From: Tubulanus polymorphus
Lineage: Eukaryota > Animalia > Nemertea
Assembly: GCF_964204645.1 (NCBI RefSeq)
Contig: NC_134029.1
Span: 8,644,850-8,708,849 of the forward strand
Direction of reading: 5' to 3'
DNA: 64,000 nucleotides
Below the pieces are notes generated by a model. It was not told where the DNA came from. It ran no database searches and worked only from the letters and a program-made list of their open reading frames with translations. Position numbers and translations under genes: made by a program. Shown here in pieces: positions 10,401 through 23,700 of this stretch. Numbering within the stretch: the stretch's first letter is position 1; each line of letters begins with the position of its first letter.

Positions 10401-13400
10401 TGTGTTGTTGTTTGTTGAATTCGATGTTTCAACTGCTGTGTTTCCAATTGCATTCTTCCAATTCACTATGTCGATTATTTCTGTTTCACAAATGAAACTC
10501 GTGTGAACCTCTTCAATTCCGCAAGGGAATCGAACCCAGTTCGCTGATCCTCGGGGATTATTTAGTATCATCGCTGTACATGGCATATTGATGTCTTTTA
10601 TCGGTTGTTTTCTTAAAGGAGATATCAATCCTTGAATAACTTCTGGTATCGTATCGTTATTTGTAGGTTTATACCACTCTGTGTAGCTCAATGGTTTCCC
10701 ATCAGTCCACGTGTAATAACCAGATCTAGGCTAGAAATATAAAATAATAGCAAATTAACGTTGGGAACATTTAAAAAAAGAAAAACTGTTTACGAATTTA
10801 CCTGGAGTTTTAATCCAATCATTACAATGAGCGCTTTCTGCGAATATGCTTGTTTAAGAAGCTTCGTAGCGAATAATGTTTTAATGGAAACCATTTCCTG
10901 TTCAGAGTTGATACTGAGTAGATGTCCCGCATGCTTTTGTCTACAGTACAATTCAGCATTCTCCCAATTCAGACGCTCATCTCTGATATTTTTCACGTAG
11001 GAAATTCCCGAATCTAAAAATCCTTGTTGACAGTGAGCACCATGATTTGAATACTCCATCGCTAACGAATAGCGTAAAACGTATTGTATCTGAAATGTTG
11101 CTATTATGTCTTTGATTTCGAAATAAAACTGATTACTAATTAAACTATGAAATACAAGTCCTATCGTTGCCATATTCCCACATATTGCAATACGACGATG
11201 GGTTCGAATGTTCGCCCAGGATATCTCTTGAATGAAAAGTATCGGGCTTGTTTCCACAAAGATGTTTGCGGTGCAGCTTATCGATTCTATAGATTTGATG
11301 ATAAATCTGTAATATCGAAATATGTTCCTTTGTTGGGCGTTTGTAAATCTATAGTATAAAGATACCGACGTATGTCCTGCCCATGATGGGTAGTTCGGCG
11401 ATTCGACCAGTCCGCATTCGTCGTCCAACGAGTAAGCATTTCTATATATTGTCGACTGTAACGTGTCAACAGGCTTTTTCGGTCCTAAACATTTATGACG
11501 CAGTTTGATAGCGAGTCGTGTCCCCCGGAACGCACTCCAACTGCCCATGAATACCGTGCTTAAAACGATGCTTTCATTTAGAAGTTTACTTATCAATCTT
11601 AATCTTCGAGGACAAAGTCGTAACAAATCACGAAAACAACTGTCAATTCGATATTCGTGTCCTGATAATATATGAATTTTTCTGAGAGGAAGGCGTCGGT
11701 TTTCGGGTGTAATCACGAGACAGTGTGACGTCATAACGATCTGACGTTCTACCTGCTTTACAACATACCAGTCACAGTCAGTAGAGTGAAATTCGAGAGT
11801 TGGTTTCTCATCGACTGTTGACGCCAGAACATCCCAGTCATAAGCGTATCCTACTATAGTAACATATCCACCGGATGTAATCAGACTGACGACGTTACGG
11901 TCGTATACCAGTAAACGAGGGCAATACGGACCGTAGCGTCTAGCCGTGAAATTACCACCATCAAATATATAAAATCCGGCCCGCTCACAGTTCTCTGATA
12001 AAACTGTCAGTTCCATATTCTCATCATGAATTTCAACTTTCCATTTGAACAGTAATGTGTTTATTTGGTACGTCAATACTTTCTTCTTTGATGACGGGAA
12101 AATCCAGCGAAAAGGCATGGGCCATGATATTCCATCTCGCATCTATGAAAATAATGTCTATGGATCAGTTTATATTTCTGGAATATGATTTGATTAGTCA
12201 GCTTCATTGGTAGTTTAGAATTTAATACTCACCCGATGATTAGTGACGTGTACATCTTCTATCGTTAGTGATTTCAATTCAAAGTTAATTTCTATTCGTG
12301 ACATTGATTGTTCCCCATTCATTAAGACGCACATTACGGCGAGAAAGCCGTCAGATTTGACACTCAGTGATTCTAGGTTGTTGCAACCGAGTAAAATATC
12401 AGTCCCTACAAAACGCAGCCCTTCTAGTTTATATACACCAATGACGTCACCGGACGTAACGAGATCACGTGTCCAGTTGAAGACGACGTACTGTAACACC
12501 TGCACTGCGATAGACCAACAGTGTAAGTGGTTTGATCGAGTTATTACGTGTAAACTGTTTTCATCGGGAATGAGCACCCCCGACTCGTTATTAGAGATCT
12601 GAATCAACGAACTAGAGACGTTCCAATCTGATATTTTATAGATTTTTGCTAATAGTGTGAAGGGAATTAACGGATTCCAATGAAGCGAAGAGATGACTGC
12701 TTTATTTGTTTTAGTATAGAACGACGAAGGCGGATGTCCGGTTTGTTCTCGTATAATTGCTATAGGTTCACTATTGGTGTTCCACCCGTCGTAGATTTTA
12801 ATGGTCACTGACTGAATTGCAGGATGTGGTTTTAATATTACCCGAATAAATGTGAGATTCATCGCATGACCGTGTGATATTCCGATCCATTCCACAAACA
12901 ACTGGCACTTTCGTATTTTGATGTGGAATTTATACCCAGTTGATGATTGTAGTTTATTTAAACTACAACTTATTTCGTTGCAGTCGTGACTGATTCTGAA
13001 TCGGCTTCGCTCATAACGATATATCATATACACCCGACTACCTCGCGCACCATCGACGTAACTCCTAAATATCAACGAGATCGAATCGTTACGACCGATC
13101 TCATGTTTTCCATCACCGCAGAGTCTGTTATCAGGCTCGTAAACGAGAAGGTAGTCACCATTACAGAATATTGACGGCTCGATGTCGTAGTAAACGTGGA
13201 CATGAAGAGTTCCCGGTAAAGGGCTGTTGATGAACCAGCGACATTCAACACCACGCGTTAACAAGGGATAATTCGGTGAAACGATGTAACCGGACGTAGA
13301 ATCGACGGGGTACCACGTGTTGTTGCAAGGTGAACTTACCATCACAGACGATTCCTTGATAGAGTCTGTGCGATCGGCGCGTGCGATGCAAACTTGACAG

Positions 13401-13444
13401 ACGATCAGCGACGCTATCAAAAGCGCTCCCAGTCGTTGCTCCAT
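7446..13444 (-). CDS. GRL101/LGR-like GPCR, ~1945 aa: signal peptide, CUB domains, C-type lectin domains, ~6-8 LDLa, LRRs, class A 7TM. Exons 13444-12233, 12142-10802, 10730-7446
   Basis: Two phase-0 GT-AG introns (90 and 71 bp) join the three long ORFs in frame. Motifs: SGYIVSPNYP (CUB), WENAELYC..HLLSINSEQE..YTWTDG (CTL), CDGVVNCKDGSDE (LDLa), LxxLDLSYN (LRR), DQFSTCSDLM hinge, INPLLY. Confidence 0.9.
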
Positions 13445-14268
13445 AGCAAACAACACGATACAATGAATGGAATTCCTTCACGATTCAAATTCTGCCCGGT
13501 TGTCCACGGATCTTCAAGTCCAATCAATTAATGATGTAGAATTCTAAATTTCTTACTTACGAAATGAATTATTCACTCTATTTCGCAAGAATATTCAATT
13601 TCAGTCGTAAATATTGACGCGCGCCCAATTATAATTTTGATATGCCTAAATTAATTTTCGTATCGTTCACGTTTTTTGTCTGGATGATAATCTTTTACAC
13701 GATACTTTATCATTTTCGCTGATGTACGGCGCATATATAGAACACGTCATTCCGTCTAGCACCACCAATTTCATAATGCCCGCAAATGCGGAATTTGATA
13801 GAAAAGTCCCTAGCCGTGAAGGAAAAGATCAGAGCTGTTGATTAGATCGAGGAAAGTAATAGGGGTAATGGGCTTTCTGATCAATGGTCGAAGGGTCGAG
13901 CTCGTAAAAAAATGAAAATAACAATAATTTACAGTTGAATTAGTCGCGCACACTCCTAATTCAACTGGAAATGAACATAATTTACATGAATTTCATATAT
14001 TTTAAAATCATTTATACGTTAATTACAAAAGTGTGAGTAAAGTGTGAGTAATAATTCATATTTTAACAGATTTCGAGTAAAAATATAAGTAAAATAAATG
14101 GATAACTAAAAGAGTATAAAAGTGTGAGCAAAGTGTGAGTGAAATAGTTTATATTTCAAACATATTTCAATATTCATATTTGTATGAGTTCGATTTTTAA
14201 ACATTAAAAGTGTCAGTAAAGTGTGATTGAAATAATTCATATTTAAAACATTGAATATTTATATTTGA

Positions 14269-14922
14269 ATGAGTTTTAATAAAAATTTTGTTATAAAAAT
14301 GAAGAAAGAAGAAGAAGAAGAACCCAACTTTAAAATCGAAATCAATGAAACCAATAAATCATTTTCGCAGTTTTACATTAAAAATTATATTTCAGCAACA
14401 AATTTAGTGTCCGCAAGACATTATAAAATCGATAACATAACTATGATTAATCAAATATTATCAAATGAAACATATTTAATTACTGAACTAGTAGATCCTT
14501 TTGATAATGGTGTTAAAAATCCTAAAGTATTCAATACAGTTTTAAATTTTAAAGGAACTTTAGATGAAAACATAATTAATATTCTTAAAACTCCTTTCAA
14601 TGAAAGAAATAATGATATAATACTTTCAAAAGATTCCAATGATTTGATTAACTTAAGAATTGAAAAAAGACAATTATATTATTTCAATTTTGATAATAAA
14701 CAAATTATCTATAATGAGAATTCATCAAATATTGGAATTCAATGTGAATTAGATAATGAAAAATCATTTAAAGATATTGCAGTTCAATGTAAATTAGATG
14801 ATGAATTTAGAAAATTCAATCCTAATGAAAAAGTGCATTGTTATTGCGGAGGTAAATATCTAAAATCACATAAATCAAAGCATTATGAAACAATTAAACA
14901 TAAAAACTGGCGTAAAGAGTAA
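14269..14922 (+). CDS. Copy 2 of island zinc-finger-like ORF
   Basis: Same translation as 955-1608. Confidence 0.7.
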   Translation: MSFNKNFVIKMKKEEEEEPNFKIEINETNKSFSQFYIKNYISATNLVSARHYKIDNITMINQILSNETYLITELVDPFDNGVKNPKVFNTVLNFKGTLDENIINILKTPFNERNNDIILSKDSNDLINLRIEKRQLYYFNFDNKQIIYNENSSNIGIQCELDNEKSFKDIAVQCKLDDEFRKFNPNEKVHCYCGGKYLKSHKSKHYETIKHKNWRKE

Positions 14923-14978
14923 CAATTCTACATTATAATTATTGAATTGAGTTAAATGATTTAAATATCTAATAGACT

Positions 14979-15489
14979 GTTAAAATGATAAATTGTTTTA
15001 AAGTTAAAATGATAAATTGTTTGACAGTTGAAATGATAAATTGTTTGACAGTTGAAATGATAAATTGTTTGACAGTTGAAATGATAAATTGTTTGACAGT
15101 TGAAATGATAAATTGTTTGACAGTTGAAATGATAAATTGTTTGACAGTTGAAATGATAAATTGTTTGACTGTTGAAATGATAAATTGTTTGACAGTTGAA
15201 ATGATAAATTGTTTGACTGTTGAAATGATAAATTGTTTGACAGTTGAAATGATAAATTGTTTGACAGTTGAAATGATAAATTGTTTGACAGTTGAAATGT
15301 TAAATTGTTTGACAGTTGAAATGATAAATTGTTTGACAGTTGAAATGATAAGACAGTTGAAATGATAAATTGTTTGACAGTTGAAATGATAAATTGTTTG
15401 ACGGTTGAAATGATAAATTGTTCGACAGTTGAAATGATTAGACAGTTGAAATGATAAATTGTTTGACTGTTGAAATGTTAAATTGTTTG
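14979..15489. repeat. 24-bp minisatellite, copy 2
   Basis: Same unit count and nearly the same variant pattern as 1665-2175. Confidence 0.95.
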
Positions 15490-15587
15490 GTTGTAAATTT
15501 AATTGTTATTCGATTTGAAACATATAAAAGTTAAATATTTCTAAATTATCAAATATTTATCAATTTAATAATTTATTTCTTAAATAA

Positions 15588-15806
15588 ATGGATGGTTTCA
15601 TTCCAACTGGGAAAAGTGATTTGAAACATTATTTAGTTGCTGGAGGTTTAATATTAGCAGCATTATATTTTTACTATGAGAATATTTCAAAAGATTTGAT
15701 GAATGAAAATAATAAATTGAGTAAAAAATTAAAGAAGTTAAATGGAAACAATCACAGAAATAGAAAGAATAAAAAAGTTAATTTAGAAAATGATTTAGAG
15801 GATTAA
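15588..15806 (+). CDS. Copy 2 of the 72-aa membrane protein
   Basis: Identical translation. Confidence 0.5.
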   Translation: MDGFIPTGKSDLKHYLVAGGLILAALYFYYENISKDLMNENNKLSKKLKKLNGNNHRNRKNKKVNLENDLED

Positions 15807-15844
15807 AACAGCATCTTTTAATTTCATATATTTTGACTATAAAA

Positions 15845-16162
15845 ATGAGTGAAAATATATTAAACTTATTACATCTAATATATAAAAATCAACAGAATAT
15901 TAAATCAATTATTATGCTTACAGGTTTATTTTCATTCTCAGTTTATACTATAAAACAGTTGTTAGAATTCTATGATTGCTGTAAAATTAGACACACTGAA
16001 TTAATAGAAAATATAAATTATATTTCAGATAGATTGAATAATATTAAATGCTGTGAAATATGCAATAAAAGATATAAAAATTTAAAGAGTTTAAAAACTC
16101 ATAAATATATTCATGAACTTGATGAAAAATTATATGATTCAAAATTAGAAATCGACTGTTAA
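15845..16162 (+). CDS. Copy 2 of the C2H2 protein (5 aa longer; TAA vs TTA difference)
   Basis: Same ORF extended by LEIDC. Confidence 0.65.
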   Translation: MSENILNLLHLIYKNQQNIKSIIMLTGLFSFSVYTIKQLLEFYDCCKIRHTELIENINYISDRLNNIKCCEICNKRYKNLKSLKTHKYIHELDEKLYDSKLEIDC

Positions 16163-17020
16163 ATTAGCTGAAAATATAAAATATATTAGTTGAAATGTAT
16201 GAAAATAAGTAAATTACATTTACGTTAAAAAAGGAGGGTTGAGGTATCAATGTATTAAATATGTATTAAATACGTATCAAATACGTATTAATGGTATTTA
16301 ATACGTATTAATGGTATTAAATACATATTATGCTTTATTTCTGAAAATGAAGTAACAGAAGTAATTTATGTTTTAATTCATTCAAGTATGATATTGTAAT
16401 TCTTTACATTTGACTAGGATAATACAAGAGTGATATTAGTTAGTTGGCTTATTCAATAAGAGAAACAATGAAATAATACAAGAGTGATACGGAAATAACC
16501 GCACCAAAACGAAATCCTCTTTGTTTTGGTGCGCCAAAACGAACTTTCATTACTAATTTATTATTATTTCATTATCGGCGAAGAGGTGCCGACTAACTTG
16601 ATCATCAGCTCGAGAGCTCAGTACTCGTTGCCCGAGAAAGCAGTTGTTTACTGCAACTTCAATCAGTTGTATAAAATTGACTCGGCCACGTTGGAGATGT
16701 GGTGTGCAATATACTGAAACGCGTGCCGAACAGCGTGCTGTGGCTGCTGCGCTTTCCACAAGTTGGCGAACCGAATGTGCTTGCTGCCGCTCAGTCGTTC
16801 GGTCTCAGCTCAAAGAAGATCATCTCGGTTGCTCCGAAGGTAGGTTTGTCTTCTGTGTAGAATATACTCGGATCACTCATCGTTTCGCCTTTTCAGCGCG
16901 TTCGAACTCCTTCGATTTCCCTACTTCACGTGACAGTGCGCTACGCTCGGGTTGGATCTTTCTGGATGGTGAAGTTTTGTTCGACTCTAGTCTAGTACCT
17001 AGCCGTTATTCCTCAAACAA

Positions 17021-18392
17021 CCGTCTGTCCGTCCGTCTCTGTCCGTCCGTAGAAAGAATCCAGTTATTTTGGGAAGTTTTGATGACGCTTCAAGGTAATG
17101 TCTTGATATTTGGTTTATACATGTATCTACCCTAGACACATCTTCAGCCAAAAAGCTGCCCCTGTCAGATTCAAGATGGCCGACTGGCAGCCATTGTTGT
17201 TTGCCAAAATCAGCACTTTTTACACATTTTCGAAGTTTTGGAGGGAATTTTTGAAGACGCTTTTATCAATTACCTTGATCGTCGGTATATATTTGTATCT
17301 CCCAAGGGCCCATCAGCATGAGAAAAATTGGGTCGATCAGACTCAAGATGGCTGTCCTGTGACCTTTTTTGAGCCCCAAAATGTCACTTTTGGCCTGAAT
17401 TCTGAGTCCTGTAGGTTCCTAATGGTTTGCCATTTTTCATTGCAATTGATGGATATTCTTTGGAAAGGTATCATTTATACCCGAGATGGGTATATATGAT
17501 CAGGCCATTATGACGCAATTGGCGGCCATCTTGGTGACATGAGTACTCATTCGTAGGTGGAGAAATGTTTTTCCACATTATATTGATACTTAGGCATATT
17601 TTGTTTCCACAATCAATTGGAAAGTTGTAGCGCATGATATGATCTATGATCGTGGTGAGTTTCAAGGTCATTGGTTTTTGTATATGGCCATCAGGGGGCG
17701 TTGAACAATACAATAACTTAGTATTTCTATATTATATTCGTACCTATGGATATATTGCTACCACAATCAATCAAAAGTTGTAGCTCATGACATGGTCTAT
17801 AATTGTGGTGAGTTTCAAGGTCATTGGATTTTGCATATGGCCACCAGGGGGCGTTAAACAATGCAATTATTTAGTATTTCTATATTAAATTCGCACCTAT
17901 GCATGTTTTGTTACCACAATCAATTGGGATGTTGTAGCTCCTGATACAGTCTATGGTTGTGGTGAGTTTCAAGGACATTAGTTATTCTATATGGTCACTA
18001 GGGGGCGTTGAAAAGTAGAATAACTTAGTATTTCCTTATTATATTGGTACCTAGGCATATTTTGTTACCATGATCAATTGCAAAGTTGTAGCTCATGACA
18101 TATTCTATGATTATGGTGAGTTTCAAGGTCATTGGCCTTCGCATGGTCACCAGGGGAGATTGAATAGTAGAATAACTTAGTATTTCCATATCCTATCGGT
18201 AACTAGGGATATTCTGTAACCACAATCAATTTCAAAATTGTAGCTGCTCACATGTTCTATGATTGTGGTGAGTTTCAAGGTCATTGGATTTTTTCAAGAT
18301 CATTTGATGGGGCTTTGAAAATTGAAATTGTTAGATTGTTGAGCATTTGAAACCACTCCCCAAGTGGGCATGGTGTCCCTGGACCCCTAGTT
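17021..18392 (+). mobile_element. HINE-like element, copy 2
   Basis: Duplicate of 3707-5076. Confidence 0.7.
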
Positions 18393-18694
18393 ATATTTGA
18401 TGGTTCACACACGCGTAAAATCGATCAACTCGTATTAGTCACATGTGTATAATAGTCGTGCGCGTGTGCATAGTTCTCTCGATCCTGGCTTTAGAAGTAA
18501 AATCTTGTTCTTCATTGATTTATCACATTTTATCGAATGAAAAAATTGCTGTTGATAAAATTGCGAAAACCTATGTTTTTGTGTTAAATTTTTTTTAGCT
18601 GGTTTAAGAGCCGATTGTTGATTTCCTTCACGATGATGATGATAATCCCGAGGCAAAAACTACAGATCACGATGATGATGACGACAACGATGAC

Positions 18695-18725
<31 letters not shown>

Positions 18726-20737
18726 CGCATTACAATGGATATATACAGTTTAAGCTGCTGGATTTGTATATGGGGACGTCGATTGGGGACGCTGTCAAAT
18801 CACCCTTTCGGTCAATTTTACCATTCTTTAGACCCCTCATCTTGTTATTTTAATGACCACCCCCTCCCCCATCCGTACTACGGTACATTTTGAAAGACCC
18901 TTCGGCCTACGAATTGGCCATTAGAATTGTTGAGCTACCTTTAATTGAAAAACGCTCCGAGATATGCTCATTTCAGTCAACCGCCGGTTTACCGACCACA
19001 TCGGTGCAGAACGATTTTGGCGGTATATATCGACGAGTATGGTGGTATATCGGGGCTTGTCAAATGATAACTCCAAGATCGGAGTGGTTTACTATGTATT
19101 TGTAATTGAGATGTACATTGAGAAAACCTGGCGGTAGGCGGGGAGGGTGGTATATCGGGGTAGACTGTATATTAGATAAAAGTAAGTAGCATATTTAGAG
19201 GGGTCGATATTACTGTAATATGATATTATGCATCAGTGTATGGCATAATTTTGGATATCCCGTCCACAAAGTATAAACATTTTCTGAAGAGACCTGCTAT
19301 CAGAAAAGTACGTACATTCTTCTTAGAGACATGCTGGCACTGATTTCAAGATCAATAGTGTAATGAGTTATACGGTCACTGTTGCTGTTTGAAGTGCGAG
19401 TATTTGCAGTCATGGTTTTTCTCGATGCTCCTCCGCGTCTCGACGTCAAAATCAATCGAATGGCTACAAGAATCACTGTCGGGATTATACTTTATAGGAC
19501 TAACAAACTCTACTATTTCAACTTTTTTTTACGAAATAAAAGTCCAAGTCCGTGTCCATCTTTCGTGTCCAGTGCACTGATTAATACAAGCGCTTACAGC
19601 GTGGTTTATTTCAGCAGTTACGTCCAGTGATAGTGTGTGACTGTACAGCCGAAGCTGTAAGTGAAATACGATCTATGTATGACACACACAGATAAACATG
19701 TCCGCAACAGGCAAACATGAGAAAATGAATATGCCGGTGTTGTTTGAACATTTGATAATACATATAAAATACAGTGAATTTATGCCGAAACCGAAGATAG
19801 TAATGCTGAAAATGACGTAGTGATATATGAATGATCAGATTTACGTGAAACGGTTTGTAATCAGCATGAGGGATTTTGTTACAGATTTCATATTGTTCAG
19901 TAGTCCTTTAAATGATGTTTTGACGTGCATCTTAAGTAGAATTAACGGGTCATTTTGTTGTTCAGTTTTGATGGGTAAAATTGTAAGTTTGCGGGTGGAT
20001 TTGATATTTCATTTTGATAGTACATTTATAGCTATGCCATTATATTTGGCTTAACCTAAATCCAGGACAAACAGACTGGCTCCCCATTATCAGTTCATCC
20101 AAACTTGGGGTAGCAAAATATGGGAAAAGAAAAAAATTTTAAAACTACACAGATTGATTGGGAAAAACTTTAAACTGAAGATCACGTATCTTACTGAGCT
20201 GCCAATTAATCACGACGAATACGAACAGAACTCCGCAAAAACAATCAAGCTTCCTGTTGAAAAGGAACGTTTTAATCTTGCATGAAACGAACGATTTTGT
20301 GAGAAATGTAACTTAGGCGATCCAGGTATATCAGCAATCCATATCCACAACACTTAGAATTTAGGAAAAAGTATATAGCGCACCATTTCTAGAAACGTCC
20401 AGATATCACGTTAAATTGCTAAATCGTGAAAAGAAGCCAACGTATAAAACTAGGCAAGTATACTTGGATAACTATATTTTTAAATGAAAAGTGAACTATC
20501 GATTTTTAAGCCTATATTATTTTGAAGATTTTCTGCATTATATTTTCATGTATGAATTTTTCGGACCATTTTATAGTAAGGAGAATAAAGTTATAACTTG
20601 ATAATAGGATAGGACTAAGGACTACGATTCGGACAACCGATTTTTGCTCCCGAGAAACAGAATCATGAATGCAGAAAACCCGTTACCGCTGTTTGGATTG
20701 TTGCTTGATCATCTCTCCTTCCCCTGCAGCATGTTAT

Positions 20738-23700
20738 TTATCTTCTAATATTTTGCTTGCGTTTAGCTTTTGCTCGAACCGATTTCATATCGATAGTCAA
20801 TATGGTGTAAAGAAGGGGATTGATGGACGAGTTGATCGGTAAGAAAAGAACCGCCAGCCAAGCCGCCACTTGATTCGGTATTTCTACCCGTAATACCACG
20901 CAAATCTGAACGGTTATTATCGGCAGCCAGCAAAATAGATTACACAGATTTATCACCAAACTCCTGCGTGCCAAAATTAATTCGGTAGGATCAGCTCTTC
21001 CCGACCCAGACCTGCTTCCAGATACGAGTCTATACATTTGCGCATAGGTCGCCATTATCGTGGTCAGTATGACCGAGTTAAACACGGTAAAAATAGCGAA
21101 TGAATATTGTAAGGCATCGACATCAATGGAAATCAAATTCACAGGCAAACAAACTCCCGTAGTACCGTAAAAATTGTTCCCGAAATAAGACGATAGTACA
21201 AGTGGCACTAATGAAAAAAATCCTATGATTATCCAAATGAGCGAGCAAATAATTGACACATATCTCGGAGATGTAATCGGACTTCCTGAAAATGGATTAA
21301 CGATATTTGAGAATCTATGACGCGTAAGAATGCATAAGAAAGTCAACGAGCCTTCGCAGGATAGAGTCACCGTAACTCCAGCGAAACTACACAATGAGCT
21401 GTGCGTCCAAGTTTCTGAATTAAGGAAATAAACTCCTTTATGAACGTAATCTGCTCCTGCGATCAAAAACAGATAGATCGACATCAGAAAATCACAAATC
21501 GCGACGTTGATAATAATGATGTCAGAGGATGTGTTTCGATTTTCGGAGGATGAAAGTCGAATTGATCGAAAACGAAATAAGATAACGATGTTATTCAAAA
21601 TGAACGTGAATGCAGAAATAACCCAGATGATAGCTCGGAGGACTGGGTTACCCATCAGATCGGAACAGGTGGAAAATTGATCAGCTTCTGGAAGGCAGAG
21701 ATCAACATTCGGAGCCATGCAGCAAAACTTGTAAGCATCAGACGTTAAGGAAACTAATGATGTCAGATTGTCGAAAACATTTCTGTCGACAGAAATCGTT
21801 TTCGAATTGTAGGTGATATCAAGGATTCCAAGGTCATTCAACTCAGAAAAAGCGTCAAGGTCATTCAACTCAGAAAAAGCGTACAATGAAATATACAAGA
21901 TTTTGTTACCGCTGATATTCAAAGACTGTAATGAGAAGAGACCTTGGAAAACGTATTCAGCTAAAACGAACAGAGAAAGTCCGTGAAGATCGAGTCCTCG
22001 AAGCGAACTCAAACCTAAAAAACTGCCTCCTTCCAAATATCTCAGCGGATTTCCAGTTATGGATAACTCTTTCAAATTATACAAGCCGGTGAATGTATTC
22101 GCGGATAATGATGTTATGTTATTGTATGAAAGGTCTAATGAGTGTAGGTTATGCAGATTTGAGAACGACTGGGGTAAGATATAAGACAATTCATTTGAGG
22201 AAATGTCGAGAACGTAGAGATAATAAAGTATATGAAATGTCGACTGGTTGAAATGAATTTGATTGATAGACAAGATTAAAACACGAACTGATGCCGAGAA
22301 AAGGTCAGTAATATCTGTTAAACCGGTATTTCTGCAATCAATCAAATGACCTTGACATTTACAGCCCCTCGGACACGTGACGCTACAGAAGTCCTCATCA
22401 TCAGTCGTATATTGACAATTTACGACGCCATCGCAAACTTCAGATTGTGGAATACACCGATGTTCCTGGCCACATTTAAACATTCCCGGACATGAAAATA
22501 TCTTGCAGTTTTGTTCGTCTTCTGAATTGGGACAATCTGATTGACCATTGCACACCTGTCTGATTGGTATGCAGTACGATGCTGGGCATTTTACAGTTCC
22601 AGCTGGACATTCAAATTCTTCACATCTCAATACGTGCTCGAGATTTCTACAAACTGGGTAACCATTTGTCATTCTATCTAGAATACATCTGTGACGTCTC
22701 GAATAGCAATGAGGAGAATTGAAAGAACATCTTTGTTCATCAGATCCCGCACAGAGATTTGTGAAGTTAAGCGAACAGTGGTTCTCATCATTACATTGTA
22801 TCGTAGGATTCACTGTCACGTCAGTAGTTGTTACTAATTCGTCTTCTTCAAGGCTTCCACTACAATCCACGACACCATCCTGATAGAACTGAGAACTGAT
22901 ACAGTCTCCACTATTACACAGGAACCCCTGACATAGTAAAGCGGTGCATTTTGTTTCATCGGAACCATCTTTACAGTTAACTACACCATCACATCTGTTA
23001 GACCTATTAACACATTGACCACTGATACAGCGAAATTGCCCGGGCATACATGGGGGATGGAAACACGAGTTTTCATCTGAACCATCCAGACAATTTTGAA
23101 TGAAATCACACAAACCACTGATTGATATCACATGACCTTCATAGCATTGAAAATGACTGTGTAAATTTATATCTGTACAATTGAGTTCATCTTCGCCGTG
23201 TTGACAGTCGTCTCTCGTATCACATACGCGATGGTCGCTGATACATCTTTGATCGTTACATTTAAACTGCCACGATTTACAACCGCTTATAGAAGCTAAC
23301 TCTTCATCGGTGACATTATATGAACACAAAACAGAATGCGCTGTATCTGTAGCATTATCAAACTCTTTCGTCATCCATTTAATTGATTGAATATGAGTAA
23401 TATCATCTCTATTCATTACTGGGATTATAACAAGCAGTCTGTCATTAGAAGTCATCATTAGTATAGAGCTATACTGATGTCGAATATGAAATGTTCTTAT
23501 CGAGTTCATTGTAACGTTTTCTGTGTGAGAGGTTATGACAGTGCCTATTTCACCACGGATACTATGACACATCTCTGTCGCGGATTTCGTATCTAAACCT
23601 CGATGATTGTTCCAGTCCGTCAATATTTGATAGCATTGTCGATTTATGCTTACCCAACCAATCGTACAGCTCGAGTCATTGAAAACATTATCGAGAAATG

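Larger units (their letters stand above)
542..13854. repeat. Tandem segmental duplication, unit 1 (~13.3 kb)
   Basis: Near-identical to 13855-27164 (ORF 955 recurs at 14269, ORF 7446 at 20738). Homology with the rightmost copy ends after GATCGAGGAA at 541/13854/27164. Confidence 0.95.
13855..16554 (+). mobile_element. AT-rich virus-like or mobile island, copy 2
   Basis: Duplicate of 542-3240. Confidence 0.5.

Noticed and set aside
12243-13174. Plus-strand ORFs over the receptor gene (similarly 40063-40662 over the toxin gene)
   Set aside because: Antisense shadows of real coding exons
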